64,000 bases of DNA, from contig JAJDEN010000056.1 of the NCBI GenBank assembly GCA_029259775.1, positions 8,917 through 72,916 on the forward strand. The letters are read 5' to 3'. The DNA comes from Planctomycetota bacterium (GTDB lineage: Bacteria; Planctomycetota; PLA2; JAEUHO01). Shown here in pieces: positions 1 through 10,494 of this stretch. The notes below the pieces were generated by a model. It did no database searches, was not told the DNA's origin, and saw only the letters and a program-made list of their open reading frames with translations. The stretch's first letter is position 1. Each line of letters begins with the position of its first letter. The position numbers and the translations under genes are program-made.

Positions 1-213
1 CAGCCCCTGCGGGCCCACGCGGTTCGGGCCGATGCGCGCCTGCATGCGGCCCGCGACACGCCGCTCGAGCCAGACGACTTCACCCGCCAGGAGACTCGCG
101 TAGACGAGGATGACCTTGCAGACGACGACGATCGCGATGGTGTAGATGAAGCCGGCAGGGACACCCTGCAGCCACTCGTTGTTCGCGATGAGCTGGTCCA
201 GCCACTGCTGCAT
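1..213 (-). CDS. nuoH: NADH-quinone oxidoreductase subunit H (5' part; runs off window edge)
   Basis: Manual translation from ATG at 213-211, which overlaps the nuoD stop: MQQWLDQL...VWLERRVAGRMQARIGPNRVGPQGL, the NuoH signature. Absent from the ORF track. Confidence 0.93.
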   Translation of the reverse strand, partial: MQQWLDQLIANNEWLQGVPAGFIYTIAIVVVCKVILVYASLLAGEVVWLERRVAGRMQARIGPNRVGPQGL

Positions 214-1415
214 CAGCGATCCACCTCGCCGAGGACGATGTCCAGGCTGCCGATGAGCGACACGAGGTCGCCGATAAGCAGCCCTTCCGAGACCTCGGTG
301 ATGCAGGCGATGTTGCTGAAGGACGGTCCGCGGCAGCGGGCGCGCCAGGCCTTGTCCGACTTGCCGACGCTGACCATGTAGCAGGCCAGTTCACCGCGCG
401 GGTTCTCGCCGCGCACGTAGACCTCGCCCGGCTTCGGCTTGAAGCCTTTGGGCACGCGGCCCATCACGGGTCCTTCGGGCAGCCCCGCGAGGGCCTGCCG
501 GATGATCTTGAGGGACTCCTCGACCTCGCGAACGCGGATCCAGTGGCGCTGGTAGCAATCGCCCACCTCGCCGCCGATGTCGCTGACGCCGTGAGGCACC
601 TCGAAGTCGAAGCGGTCGTAGATGGAGTACGGCGCGTCGCGGCGGCAATCCCAGTCGACGCCCGCGGCCCGCAGCGCCGGTCCGGTGACGCCCCACCGCA
701 CCGCGGTGTCGCGGTCGATGATGCCGACGTGGAACGTCCGCTCCTGGAACACGTGGTTGTGAAGAAGCAGCGTGTTGTATTCCGGCATGCGCTTCTCGAC
801 GTCGGCGAGGAAGGCCTCGAGTTCGTCGAGCCAGTCGCGCGAGACGTCGCGCTTCACGCCGCCGATGCGGATGTAGTGGTAGAGCAGCCGGCCGCCCGAC
901 AGGTGGTCGAGCAGGTCCATGCCGCGTTCGCGCTCACGGAACTGGTGCAGGAACGGCGTGAACGCACCGAGGTCGAGGCCGTAGACACCGATCGCCATCA
1001 AGTGGCTGAGGATGCGCTGCAGCTCGACCACGATGATGCGGATGTACTCGGCGCGCTCGGGGACCTCGATCTCGCCCAGCTGCTCGATCGCCATGCAGCC
1101 CACGTGCTCGTTGCACATGGCCGCGAGGTAGTCCATGCGGTCGAGGTAGGGCACCCACTGGTAGTAGGGCACGCTCTCGCCGATCTTCTCGACGCAGCGG
1201 TGGATGTTGCCGACGTGCGGCTGGAGCGCGCGCACGTACTCGCCGTCGGTCTTCACGGCCACGCGCAGCACGCCGTGTGTGGCGGGGTGCTGCGGCCCCA
1301 TGTTGAAGACCATCTCCTCGGTGCGCACGTCGCGGCCGACGAGCTCTTGGCGCTCGTGGATGTGCGTGGTGCCTTCCGGCTCGCCGCCGCTGAGGAGGTC
1401 GGGTGCGTCAGCCAT
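213..1415 (-). CDS. nuoD: NADH-quinone oxidoreductase subunit D
   Basis: NMGPQHPATHGVLR, DRMDY, ENPRGE and C-terminal DIVLGEVDR motifs. Start placed at ATG 1415, which overlaps the nuoC stop. Confidence 0.96.
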   Translation of the reverse strand: MADAPDLLSGGEPEGTTHIHERQELVGRDVRTEEMVFNMGPQHPATHGVLRVAVKTDGEYVRALQPHVGNIHRCVEKIGESVPYYQWVPYLDRMDYLAAMCNEHVGCMAIEQLGEIEVPERAEYIRIIVVELQRILSHLMAIGVYGLDLGAFTPFLHQFRERERGMDLLDHLSGGRLLYHYIRIGGVKRDVSRDWLDELEAFLADVEKRMPEYNTLLLHNHVFQERTFHVGIIDRDTAVRWGVTGPALRAAGVDWDCRRDAPYSIYDRFDFEVPHGVSDIGGEVGDCYQRHWIRVREVEESLKIIRQALAGLPEGPVMGRVPKGFKPKPGEVYVRGENPRGELACYMVSVGKSDKAWRARCRGPSFSNIACITEVSEGLLIGDLVSLIGSLDIVLGEVDR

Positions 1416-1987
1416 CAGAGCCCCTCCGGCGGGATGATGGGCACACCGTGATACGAGGCGGGGAACTCCCAGTCCTTGCGGAGCGGATGGCCGGGCCAAT
1501 CGTCAGGCAGCAAGACACGGCGCAGCTCGCGCCGGCCCGTGAAGCGGACGCCGACGAGATCCCACGTCTCGCGCTCGTGCCAGTCCGCTCCGGTCCAGAT
1601 GTCCATCACCGTGGGCACCTCGGCCTGATCGCGCGGCACGCGCACCTTCAGCGCGATCCAGGGGTCGTTCTTCTCCGCCCGCCGCCCGTAGGCCGCGGGG
1701 GGCTTGAGGCTGTAGGAGCAGAGGTGGTAGACGACCTCGATCTCGGCCGCCTCGGGCCAGTCCACACCCGAGATCAGGTGGCAGCAGTCCATCTGCAGCG
1801 TCGGCTCGTCGCGCAGGAGGCGGCAGGCCGCCCGTAGGTCCTCGACGCGCACCTGGATCCACGGATGCCGGCCCGACAGCTCCGACGCCACGACGGCCTC
1901 CGGAAGCGCGGAGCGCACGACCTCGAGGGCCCGCTCGGTCTGCGGGTCGCTCGGGGGGGTGTCGGGGGTGTCCACGGTCTCGGCCAC
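1415..1987 (-). CDS. nuoC: NADH-quinone oxidoreductase subunit C
   Basis: SGVDW, ADWHERETWDLVGVRF, LLPDDWPGHPLRKD motifs. Confidence 0.95.
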   Translation of the reverse strand: MAETVDTPDTPPSDPQTERALEVVRSALPEAVVASELSGRHPWIQVRVEDLRAACRLLRDEPTLQMDCCHLISGVDWPEAAEIEVVYHLCSYSLKPPAAYGRRAEKNDPWIALKVRVPRDQAEVPTVMDIWTGADWHERETWDLVGVRFTGRRELRRVLLPDDWPGHPLRKDWEFPASYHGVPIIPPEGL

Positions 1988-2014
1988 GTGCGTGGGTCTC
2001 CTGCGATGGCGCGC

Positions 2015-2599
2015 CTAGGCGGCGCCGACGCCCTTCGACTTGTCGAGGATGGTCTGGAGCGACTCGCCCGAGCGCTTCTCGATGCGCAGCTGCAGCTTGC
2101 GGATGCCGTCAATGAGCGCCTCGGGGCGCGGCGGGCAGCCGGGCAGGTACACGTCCACGGGCACGATGAGGTCCACGCCTTGAACGACGTGGTAGCCGAA
2201 CTTGCTGTAGGGCCCCCCACCGATGACGCAGGCGCCCATCGCGATGACGTACTTGGGGTCGGGCATCTGCTCCCAGAGGCGGCGCAGACGCGGGGCCATC
2301 TTGTGGCTCAACGTGCCGGCCACGATCATGAGATCGCTCTGCCGCGGGGACGCGCGGAACACGCCGGCACCGAAGCGGTCGAGGTCGTACTTGGTGGCGG
2401 CCGTCGCCATCATCTCCATGGCGCAGCACGCCAGCCCGAAGGCCATGGGCCAGAGCGCATTGCGTCGGCCCCAGTCCTTGACCCACTGGACCGTGGAGAG
2501 AATCACGGATTCCTGCAGTTCCGGGTCGAGGATGAACTCGCTCTCGGGCAGGCCCGCCCCGCGCAAGTCAGACAGGCCCGTCTCGGGGACATCAGACAT
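2015..2599 (-). CDS. nuoB: NADH-quinone oxidoreductase subunit B
   Basis: [23 protein letters not shown] and [12 protein letters not shown] motifs. GGAGG lies upstream of ATG 2599. Confidence 0.96.
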   Translation of the reverse strand: MSDVPETGLSDLRGAGLPESEFILDPELQESVILSTVQWVKDWGRRNALWPMAFGLACCAMEMMATAATKYDLDRFGAGVFRASPRQSDLMIVAGTLSHKMAPRLRRLWEQMPDPKYVIAMGACVIGGGPYSKFGYHVVQGVDLIVPVDVYLPGCPPRPEALIDGIRKLQLRIEKRSGESLQTILDKSKGVGAA

Positions 2600-3098
2600 C
2601 GTCGCCTCCATCATCAGTCGTATCGGCAAGGGCGGCGACACGGCGGCGTGCATCGCGGGGTACGTCGTCGAACGTGACTTCGGAGCGCTCATCGAGGACG
2701 CGCTCGGTCGTCGCGTTGCGCGTGGCCGTCCAGTCGATGTCGCCGCGGGCCCACACATAGATCAGGCCCACCAGCAGGATCAGGATGAACGTGCCCGCCT
2801 CGAGAAGGGCGATCATGCCCTGGCCCTCGCTGACGAGGTCGCGGAAGACGGCGCCCCAGGGGAAGAGGAGCGCGATCTCGACGTCGAAGACGACAAACAT
2901 CAGCGCCACCGTGTAGAAGCGGATGTCGAAGCGGATCCAGGCGGGTCCGATCGTGGGCTCGCCACACTCGTAGATGGCGACCTTGGCGGGCTCATACGTG
3001 CTCTTGGGGCGCAGGATCCGCGCGATGAGCAGATTGAGCGCGACGAATGCCGCGGCGAAGAGCGTGAAGACGAGGACGTTGGCGAACTCGAAGTACAC
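2592..3098 (-). CDS. nuoA: NADH-quinone oxidoreductase subunit A (with C-terminal extension)
   Basis: [26 protein letters not shown], three TM helices. GTG start inferred. Confidence 0.93.
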   Translation of the reverse strand: MYFEFANVLVFTLFAAAFVALNLLIARILRPKSTYEPAKVAIYECGEPTIGPAWIRFDIRFYTVALMFVVFDVEIALLFPWGAVFRDLVSEGQGMIALLEAGTFILILLVGLIYVWARGDIDWTATRNATTERVLDERSEVTFDDVPRDARRRVAALADTTDDGGDDV

Positions 3099-3262
3099 CG
3101 GACCGCTCCGCTGGTGTCCGGGAGAAGGGCGCGCAGGGTAGCAAGCCCACCCCACGGCCGCGCCCGAAACCGGGTCGCGAAATGGCCTCGCGACGGGGGT
3201 CCGTGCCGGTTCGGTGACGCGTCCCGGAGGCGGGCCTCGCGCGGTCCGGCGCAAGGTGTAGG

Positions 3263-4582
3263 ATGCGCCCCGAACACCCTGGCTTCGGAGCTCGGATCAT
3301 GCCGACCCCCATGCTTCCCGCGACCCCTCTGCTCTCCCGGAGCAGCACGAGCGGCGCCCTTCGTACTCGCCTCACCCTCGGGTGCCTCTGGCTTGCGGCG
3401 CTGGCCCTCGTCATCGCCCTGCCGGCCGGCGCCGCCGACGCCGCACCGCCCCAGATGGGGGGCCTGCAGGTGATCGAGGCGTGGCCCGACGTCGAGTTCT
3501 CGGAACCGATCCACGTCACGCACGCCAAGGATGGTTCCGACTGGCTGTACGTCTGTGAGCAGCCCGGCCGCGTCAAGCGCATCAAGAAGTACCGCGGCGT
3601 GGGCGCCGTGCCGCAGCCGAGCCTCTTCCTCGACATCACGAAGAAGACGTACGCTCGCTCCCAGGGCGGCCTCCTCTCGATGGCCTGCCACCCCAAGTTC
3701 AAGAGCAACCGCCTCTTCTACGTCTGCTACCTGGCGCAGAACCCGAACCCGGGCGGCGAGGGCAAGAAGTTCAAGATCGTCGTCGCGGAATACCGGGCGG
3801 GCACGAACCGCGCCGACGCGAACAGCGCTCGCACGGTGATCGAGATCCCCAAGAAGACCGCGCAGCACCAGGCAGGCCACGTGGCGTTCGGCCCCGACGG
3901 CATGCTCTACATCTCGGTCGGCGACGGCAACGAGACCAAGAACGACAAGGAGATGGTCGCCCAGAACGCGCGCATGCTCCTGGGCAAGATCCTGCGCATC
4001 GACCCCAGCCGCCGCGAAGGCGGCCGCGGCTACGCGATTCCTCAGGGCAACCCCTGGCCGAACAGCGCGCCCGTACGCCCTGAGATCTGGGCCTTCGGCT
4101 TCCGCAACCCCTGGCGCATGTGCTGGGACGCCGCCGGCAAGATGTTCGTGACGGAGCCGGGCTCGTCCGGTCCGGAGTCCCGCGAGTGGGTCACCCAGGT
4201 GCACTACGGTCGCAACCATGGCTGGCCCTACTTGGAGGGCAACCGCCGCCTGCTCACGGTGCCTGCGGGCAAGAACATCGTCCCGCGTACCTTCGAGTAC
4301 GTGCGTGGCTCGTCCGGCGGAGCGACGGCCGGCGTGGGCGGCTACATCTACCGCGGCGACCGCTGCAAGAACCTGAAGGGCCGCTACATCCTCGGCGACT
4401 ACATGCGCGGCGAGATCTACGCCTTGAAGATGCGCTCCTCGGCCGATCGCGTCGTGGGCAATGGTTTCGCGAAGGTGGGCGACGTCCCGGACCTGGCCTC
4501 CTTCGGCGAGGACGAGCAGGGCGAGGTCTACATCTGCTCCAACGGAGACCTCGGGGTCATCTTCACACTCGCCCCGAAGTAG
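3263..4582 (+). CDS. PQQ-dependent sugar dehydrogenase (GSDH/soluble aldose dehydrogenase family), exported
   Basis: GGLLSMACHP, FGPDGMLYISVGDG, LLGKILRID, EIWAFGFRNPWR, SFGEDEQGEVY and a signal peptide. True start is probably downstream of 3263. Confidence 0.88.
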   Translation: MRPEHPGFGARIMPTPMLPATPLLSRSSTSGALRTRLTLGCLWLAALALVIALPAGAADAAPPQMGGLQVIEAWPDVEFSEPIHVTHAKDGSDWLYVCEQPGRVKRIKKYRGVGAVPQPSLFLDITKKTYARSQGGLLSMACHPKFKSNRLFYVCYLAQNPNPGGEGKKFKIVVAEYRAGTNRADANSARTVIEIPKKTAQHQAGHVAFGPDGMLYISVGDGNETKNDKEMVAQNARMLLGKILRIDPSRREGGRGYAIPQGNPWPNSAPVRPEIWAFGFRNPWRMCWDAAGKMFVTEPGSSGPESREWVTQVHYGRNHGWPYLEGNRRLLTVPAGKNIVPRTFEYVRGSSGGATAGVGGYIYRGDRCKNLKGRYILGDYMRGEIYALKMRSSADRVVGNGFAKVGDVPDLASFGEDEQGEVYICSNGDLGVIFTLAPK

Positions 4583-4658
4583 GAGAGCTCCGCGGTACGC
4601 GCTCCGAGAGAGGGGTCGGGCCTCCGAGAGAGGAGGGCCCCGGGAGCAACGGAGTGCC

Positions 4659-5453
4659 TTAGCGCTTCGTGAGCAGATGGACCCAGGCGTCCCAGAACGC
4701 CGCGGCGATCTCCACGCTGGGGTTCACGTCCACGCCGCCCTCAGCGTCCACGATGATCAGCGTCTTCACCGAGGCCTGGGGGCCCTTGGGGATCACCATC
4801 TGGACTTGGAGCAGCCGCCAGTCCGCCCCGGCGAGGGTGAACTGCAGCACGAACTGCCCCTCCATGCGCTCGGAGCCCGACGGCATCGACGCGCTCCATG
4901 GGATGAACAACGAGGCCAGCATGCGCTTCACATCGACCTTCGTCACTTCGCTGATCTCGAACACCTCGTCGAGACCGAGTTTGGCAATCCGTGCCTGGCC
5001 AGCGCGGGTCACGCGCGTGCGGATCTCGGGCACGAGCGCGGCCCGGACCTCCTGAAAGCGCTTGGATGCGTTGGCCAGTGCCTCCTTGGCATCGCCGCGC
5101 GCGAAGACCAGGGTCTTCTGCCGCTCCCCGTCCCCCACCTTCAGGGTCAGCCGGTCCTCGGCGAGGGCGTAGGTCACCGTGCGCGCCCGCTCCTCCGTGT
5201 CTGGCGCGAGGATCAGCTTCTCGCCCTCGAGCCGCGAGCTGCCGCTGGACGCTACACGGCCGTCGAACTGTTCGAAGGTGCCGTCGTCACCCAGGAAGAT
5301 GAACCCCATGGGGCTGGTGATCTCGCGCGTGTCGTCGTCGGCCGGCAGCCATAGCCCCGCAAGCTCCGTCATCGGCCCGGAGGCGGTCTCATCGCCCCCG
5401 CACGCCCCCACCAGAGCCAGGCACAACGCAAGGACGGCACATCGGGTGATCAT
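4659..5453 (-). CDS. Hypothetical lipoprotein
   Basis: Lipobox-like LVGAC after a hydrophobic stretch; genome-typical codon usage. Confidence 0.65.
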   Translation of the reverse strand: MITRCAVLALCLALVGACGGDETASGPMTELAGLWLPADDDTREITSPMGFIFLGDDGTFEQFDGRVASSGSSRLEGEKLILAPDTEERARTVTYALAEDRLTLKVGDGERQKTLVFARGDAKEALANASKRFQEVRAALVPEIRTRVTRAGQARIAKLGLDEVFEISEVTKVDVKRMLASLFIPWSASMPSGSERMEGQFVLQFTLAGADWRLLQVQMVIPKGPQASVKTLIIVDAEGGVDVNPSVEIAAAFWDAWVHLLTKR

Positions 5454-5571
5454 GGCGCGATCCTAGCAACCCCGCCGCGTACGCCTTCCCTCGTTCACCA
5501 GGTGCGAGCCGCGGGAGGCCGAACCGAGCGGCGCGCCGGCGCAGCGAGAGCATCGCGCGGCGCGAGGTTTG

Positions 5572-6543
5572 CTAATGAATCCCCTGTGCCCCCAGCCAGC
5601 GCTCGGCGTCAAGCGCCCCCATGCAGCCGGAACCGGCAGCGGTGATGGCCTGCCGGTAGACCTTGTCGGAGACGTCGCCGACGGCGAAGACGCCCTCGAT
5701 GTTGGTGTTCGTCGAGCCGGGCTGGACGGGCTCGATGTAGCCCGTCTCGTCCGTGGTGATCTGGCCCTCGAGGAACTTCGTGTTCGGCTCGTGCCCGATC
5801 GCGATGAACAGACCCTTGCAATCCAGGTCGCGCGCCTCGCCGGTCTGGGTGTCGGTGATCTGCACGCCGCTGATGGCGTTCTCGCCGTAGACCTCCGTGA
5901 CGGAGCTGTTCCAGAGCATCTCGACCTTCGCGTTGCCGAGGACGCGCTCTTGCATGATCTTGCTGGCACGGAGCTCGTCACGGCGATGCACGACGCTGAC
6001 CTTGCCGGCGAATTTGGTCAGGAACTCGGCCTCCTCCATGGCCGTATCGCCGCCGCCCACGACCACCAGGTGCTCGTTGCGGAAGACCGGCAGCGCGCCG
6101 TCGCAGACGGCGCAAGCGGAGACACCGCCGCCTGACTGGGCGAGGCGCTGCTCGTTGTCGAGCCACAGCCACTTGGCCTTCGCGCCCGTGGCGATGATGA
6201 CGGCGTGGGCCTTGATCTCCTCGCCCTCGAGCGCCTGCAGGACGAACGGACGCTGCGAGAAGTCGCACTTCGCGATGTCGTCGGTAATCACGCGCGTGCC
6301 GAAGCGCTCGGCCTGCTTCTTGAGGTCGGCCATCATCTCCTGGCCGGTGACCCCGTCGGGGTAGCCCGGGTAGTTCTCGACGTCGGTGGTGAACATGAGC
6401 TGACCGCCGGGGATCATCTCCTGGGTGGGCGCCCCTTCGTAGACCAGCGGGTTCAGGTCGGCGCGCGCGGCGTACAGGGCCGCGGTCCAACCGGCGGGGC
6501 CGGAGCCGATGATGACTACCTTCTCGACGTCGTTGCTGCTCAT
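5572..6543 (-). CDS. trxB: Thioredoxin-disulfide reductase
   Basis: IIGSGPAG, GGQL..TTDVENYPG, active-site CAVC, VVGGGDTAMEEA, YRQAITAAGSGC. Confidence 0.97.
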   Translation of the reverse strand: MSSNDVEKVVIIGSGPAGWTAALYAARADLNPLVYEGAPTQEMIPGGQLMFTTDVENYPGYPDGVTGQEMMADLKKQAERFGTRVITDDIAKCDFSQRPFVLQALEGEEIKAHAVIIATGAKAKWLWLDNEQRLAQSGGGVSACAVCDGALPVFRNEHLVVVGGGDTAMEEAEFLTKFAGKVSVVHRRDELRASKIMQERVLGNAKVEMLWNSSVTEVYGENAISGVQITDTQTGEARDLDCKGLFIAIGHEPNTKFLEGQITTDETGYIEPVQPGSTNTNIEGVFAVGDVSDKVYRQAITAAGSGCMGALDAERWLGAQGIH

Positions 6544-6641
6544 GGTTGCTTTCTCTTCAGGAGTGCGGCTGAGGCGCACGGCTCAGGGGCGCGGATCCTA
6601 CATGACGGGCGCCACGCCTTGGAGGTTGCGCCCGCCTGCCG

Positions 6642-7022
6642 CTACCGGGCACCGCCGGGGACGTCGCGCAGCGCCTTCAGCTCGGCCCGGGCGACCTCCG
6701 CCAGCGGCTCGTCGCGGCCGGCCAGGCCCGAGACCGCCTCCGTGTAGGCCAGGAGCGCGCGGTCGGTACGCTCGGTACGGCCGAGGCATCGACCGAGGCC
6801 CAGCAGCGATCGGCCGACCTCCGCCGGGTCGTTCCAGATTCGGGCCTGCGCCACGCTCGTCCGAAAGGCGCTCTCGGCCTCGTCGATGAGGCCCGCCGCG
6901 AGGTACCCATCCCCGAGCGCCCGGTAGGCCTGCAGCAGCCCCGGCTGGCGGTGCGCCGCCCGGGCGGTGGCGAGGGCGGCCCGCAGGACGTCCAGGTCGG
7001 GGGTGGCGTCGGCGTCCGTCAT
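6642..7022 (-). CDS. Small TPR-like helical protein
   Basis: TPR-like helices AYRALGDGYLAAGLIDEAESAF and SLLGLGRCL. Confidence 0.55.
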   Translation of the reverse strand: MTDADATPDLDVLRAALATARAAHRQPGLLQAYRALGDGYLAAGLIDEAESAFRTSVAQARIWNDPAEVGRSLLGLGRCLGRTERTDRALLAYTEAVSGLAGRDEPLAEVARAELKALRDVPGGAR

Positions 7023-7044
7023 GAGCTCAGCATACCCACAGGGC

Positions 7045-7665
7045 TCAACCGGAGTGCCCCTCGGCCATCCAGCGCAGAGCAGCCAGCAAGACAGCGACAC
7101 GCGCCAGCGCCATCAGCACGCCGTGCGCCGACTCGGGCAGCAGGGCCTTGCCCTCCTCCTCCTCGTCCAGAGCCTCGAAGAGCACGTCCAACCGCGCGAT
7201 GTACTCAGCGACGTGGGGCCACGCGAGCGCGTGCAGCCGGTGCACCTCCACCGCCCGTTCGTCGAGAACGACCTCCGGGTCGGCAAAGAACGCCTCGGCG
7301 GGCCCCAGGACCTCGAGGACGAGCTGCTCGAAGTACTCCTCGACCTCGTCCTCGGGCTGGCGGTCGAAGCGCTCCATGGCATCTTCGGGATCGGCGGTCC
7401 GGTCGTCGGCCGCGCACATGACGGCGAGGCCGACGGTGTGCGCCGTGCGGAACATGGCGTCCGCCTCATCCTGGAGGCGATGCGCGAGGATGCTGTCCGT
7501 CGCGTCGAACGCGTCCTCGCTCCCCGCCGACGCCTGCTCCGCCATCGCGGGCGCATCCTCACACAGGCGCTGCCAAGCGAAGCAGTGCGGGAACGAGTCC
7601 TCGAGGCGCGGAGCCTGCTGTTCGAGCGCGTGCTCGATGAAGTGGAGGAGAGCCGACGTCGTCAT
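7045..7665 (-). CDS. Hypothetical acidic helical protein
   Basis: 206-aa ORF with typical codon usage, co-oriented with neighbours. Confidence 0.55.
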   Translation of the reverse strand: MTTSALLHFIEHALEQQAPRLEDSFPHCFAWQRLCEDAPAMAEQASAGSEDAFDATDSILAHRLQDEADAMFRTAHTVGLAVMCAADDRTADPEDAMERFDRQPEDEVEEYFEQLVLEVLGPAEAFFADPEVVLDERAVEVHRLHALAWPHVAEYIARLDVLFEALDEEEEGKALLPESAHGVLMALARVAVLLAALRWMAEGHSG

Positions 7666-7727
7666 GGCGCAGCGAAGACCTGGGTGGGCGGCGCTGGACG
7701 AGGCCTAGCTCGACGACGCGCTGGAGA

Positions 7728-8057
7728 CTATGCCGTGAAGGACGTGCCGCAGCCGCACGTGCCTGTGGCCTTCGGGTTGCTGAACGCGAAGCCAGAGCCC
7801 ATGAGCGACTCGTGATAGTCGATCTGGGTGCCGTCGATGAAGAGCGCGGACTTGGCGTCGACGAAGACCGTGATGCCCTCCGACTCGATGACACTGTCGG
7901 TCTCGGCCGCGGCGCGCTCCAGCGCGATCTGGTAGCTGAGGCCGGAGCATCCTCCTCCGACGACCTTCACGCGCAGGCCCGTGGCCTCGGTCTGCTCGGG
8001 CTGGGCCATCAGGTCCTTGACCTTGGTAGCGGCGGCGGGTGTGAGGGTGATCGACAT
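7728..8057 (-). CDS. HesB/IscA/ErpA family iron-sulfur cluster assembly protein
   Basis: LRVKVVGGGCSGLSY and C-terminal CGCGTSF. Start at MSITLT. Confidence 0.95.
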   Translation of the reverse strand: MSITLTPAAATKVKDLMAQPEQTEATGLRVKVVGGGCSGLSYQIALERAAAETDSVIESEGITVFVDAKSALFIDGTQIDYHESLMGSGFAFSNPKATGTCGCGTSFTA

Positions 8058-8154
8058 GGGCAACTCCAGGCGAAATCGTCTGCTTCGGAGCAGGGCCCCC
8101 ATCCTACCCCGTGCCGCTGGGAGAGCCGCGTTCATGCGGAGGTAGACTCCCAGC

Positions 8155-10485
8155 ATGCGCTTCTTCGCTGCCGTCGCCATCGCGGCCATCGCCGCCATCC
8201 TCCTGCTGGTGGCGGTCCGCCCTCCGAACGACGACCCCGTGCCGGACCAGGTCCCGCCGAGGAGCACCAGGGACGCCTACCTGAGCGAGGAGGGGCGCCG
8301 CGTGCTCTTCGACATCGAGCGGGCCGATCTCCTGCTCGGACGCGCGCTCGAGCCGGTCAGCGCGGCCATCCGGGCGGGCCACGAGGCTCCCTTGCGCGCC
8401 GCCCTGGGCCCTGGGTTCGCGGGCCGCCTGCCGCCGCTGCCCGGCCCGGCGGACTGGACCGCCGAGGGCAGCTTCCGCTGGACGCACCTCAGCGAGCCGG
8501 CCGAGGTCGACACGGCCGGCCTGCTCGCCTGGCTCGGGCGCATGCGCGGCCGCTTCGCGAAGCTCGAGGTCGTCGCGTTCGGACGCAAGAAGAACAGCGC
8601 GACGGTCCTGAAAGGCCCCGACGTCGCCGCCCGCAGCGAGGGGTTGATCCGGCTGGCGGGCCAGGCAAAGGACGGCGGCAGGCTCGAGATCGCCGGCCGG
8701 TTCGTGCTCGGCCACGACGGGCTGGGTACCTACGACGGCACGCAACCCCTCGCGGGCTGGATTCGCGGACTCGAGCTGCACGCGATGACCGCGGTCCACA
8801 GCCACCGCGCGCTCTTCGAGGAGACGACCGCCGCGTCGGGCATCAACGTGCTCGAGCTGCACGACACCTGGAAGGCCGGCGACGGCGGCCGCGTCATGCA
8901 ACCCGGCGGTGTGTACCTGGGCGACGTCGACGGCGACGGCGTCACGGATCTCATCGTCACGGACGAGGGTCGGCGCACCCCCCTCTACCTGGGTCGCGGC
9001 AATGGCACCTTCCGCAAGAGCGCGTGGCGAGGCCCCAAGGCGGCGGAGCGCACCGAGGTCGCGATCTTCGACGCCACGGGCGATGGACGTGTTGACGTGT
9101 TGCTCGGTGGCGAGCTCCTGACGTGGAACGCCGCGACGGAGATGCTCGAACCGGTGCCCGGAGCGACACGCCTACCCAACGGGGGCGCGTGTGTCGCGGA
9201 CTACGATGCGGACGGGCGGCTCGACGTCTACCTCGTGGACGTGGGCAAGCGCTACACGGGACCTCGCTCCAAGGCCTTCTTCGACGACGAACGCATCACC
9301 GGCCGGCGGAACCTGCTGTTTCGAGGTCTTGGCGGCGGGCGCTTCGAGGACGTCACCGATCGGATGAACGCGTCGGGCGCGTTTGGACGTACGTTCGCCG
9401 CGGTGTGGCTCCACGCCAACGACGACGACCGACCGGACCTCTTCTGTGCGAACGAGTTCGGCCGCAACGCCTTTCTCGTAAGCCAGCCGGACGGGACGTT
9501 CGCCGACATGCCGGAGATCGACCACGAGTTCGGTGGGTTCTCGATGGGCGTGGCCGCGGGCGACATCGACGGCGACCTCAAGACGGACCTCTACGTCTCG
9601 AACATGTACTCCAAGGCCGGCCACCGGATCTACCACCACCTCGACCTGGCCGTGTACCCCGAGAACGTGCGCAAGATGTTCATGGCCTCGGTCGCGGGCA
9701 ACCGCTACTACCGCGCCCGCGGCGACCTGACCTTCGAAGAACGCGGTGGCGTCGCGGGGATCAACGCCGTGGGCTGGGGCTGGTCCGGCGCGCTGGCCGA
9801 CTTCGATCTCGACGGACGGCTGGATGTGTACGCGCCGTGCGGGCACACATCAGTCGACCGCGACAAGCCCGACGGGTGAGGCTGCGTGTGGCAGGCTGTG
9901 GCTGTGCAGCCGTTCGACATCTCCCGCAAGCACAAGGCGCCGCGCAGGCCCGACGGCACCCTGGATGAGTTCTGGCTCGAGAACCCGTTCGACTTCGAGA
10001 ACACGGGCGGCTTCAACCTCTCGCGTTTCGAGCGCAACCGCATGTTCTTCAACCTGGGCGACGGCGGCTTTCGCGAGGTCTCCTTCCTGAGCGGGACGGA
10101 CATCGACTCCGACACGCGCGGCGTGGCGATTGGCGACCTCGACGACGACGCGCGCCCCGACATGATCGTGCGCAACGTCGGCGGCGGGCCCGTGAGGGTG
10201 TTCCGCAACGCGATGGAGGGCCGAGGCGTGCGCGTGCGATTGCGAGGCACGGCCTCGAACAAGCAAGGCATCGGCGCCCGCCTCTGGCTCACGCAGGGGG
10301 ACCGCACCACCTACCGCGAGCACTTCCCCCAGAACACGCTCAACGCGCAGCACGCGACGGAGTCGATCTTCGCGATCCTCGCCGGCAAGGGAGCCGCCAG
10401 CATGCGGATCCGCTGGCCTTCGGGACACGAGCAGACGCTGCAGGACGTGCAGCCGGGCCTGCTCGAGGTGACCGAAGCGAAGTGA
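8155..10485 (+). CDS. Secreted FG-GAP repeat / ASPIC-UnbV (CRTAC1-like) protein with in-frame TGA at 9877-9879; predicted selenoprotein (776 aa, U575)
   Basis: ORFs 8155-9879 and 9886-10485 share a frame and read ...DKPDG-TGA-GCVWQAV. FG-GAP repeats (GDVDGDGVTDL, ADFDLDGRLDVY, GDLDDDARPD) occur on both sides of the TGA. The ASPIC/UnbV tail (SNKQGIGAR...IRWPSG) lies downstream. A hairpin follows the TGA. Confidence 0.78.
9894..9911 (+). promoter_or_regulatory. Putative bacterial SECIS hairpin of the ASPIC/UnbV gene
   Basis: GGCTGTG-GCTG-TGCAGCC: 7-bp stem with two G-U pairs; G-initial loop 21 nt after the TGA. Confidence 0.5.
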
Positions 10486-10494
10486 GCGCCTGGA

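Noticed and set aside
7728-8057. Sec-containing HesB-like protein
   Set aside because: All conserved Cys positions are ordinary Cys codons and the gene ends in TAG.
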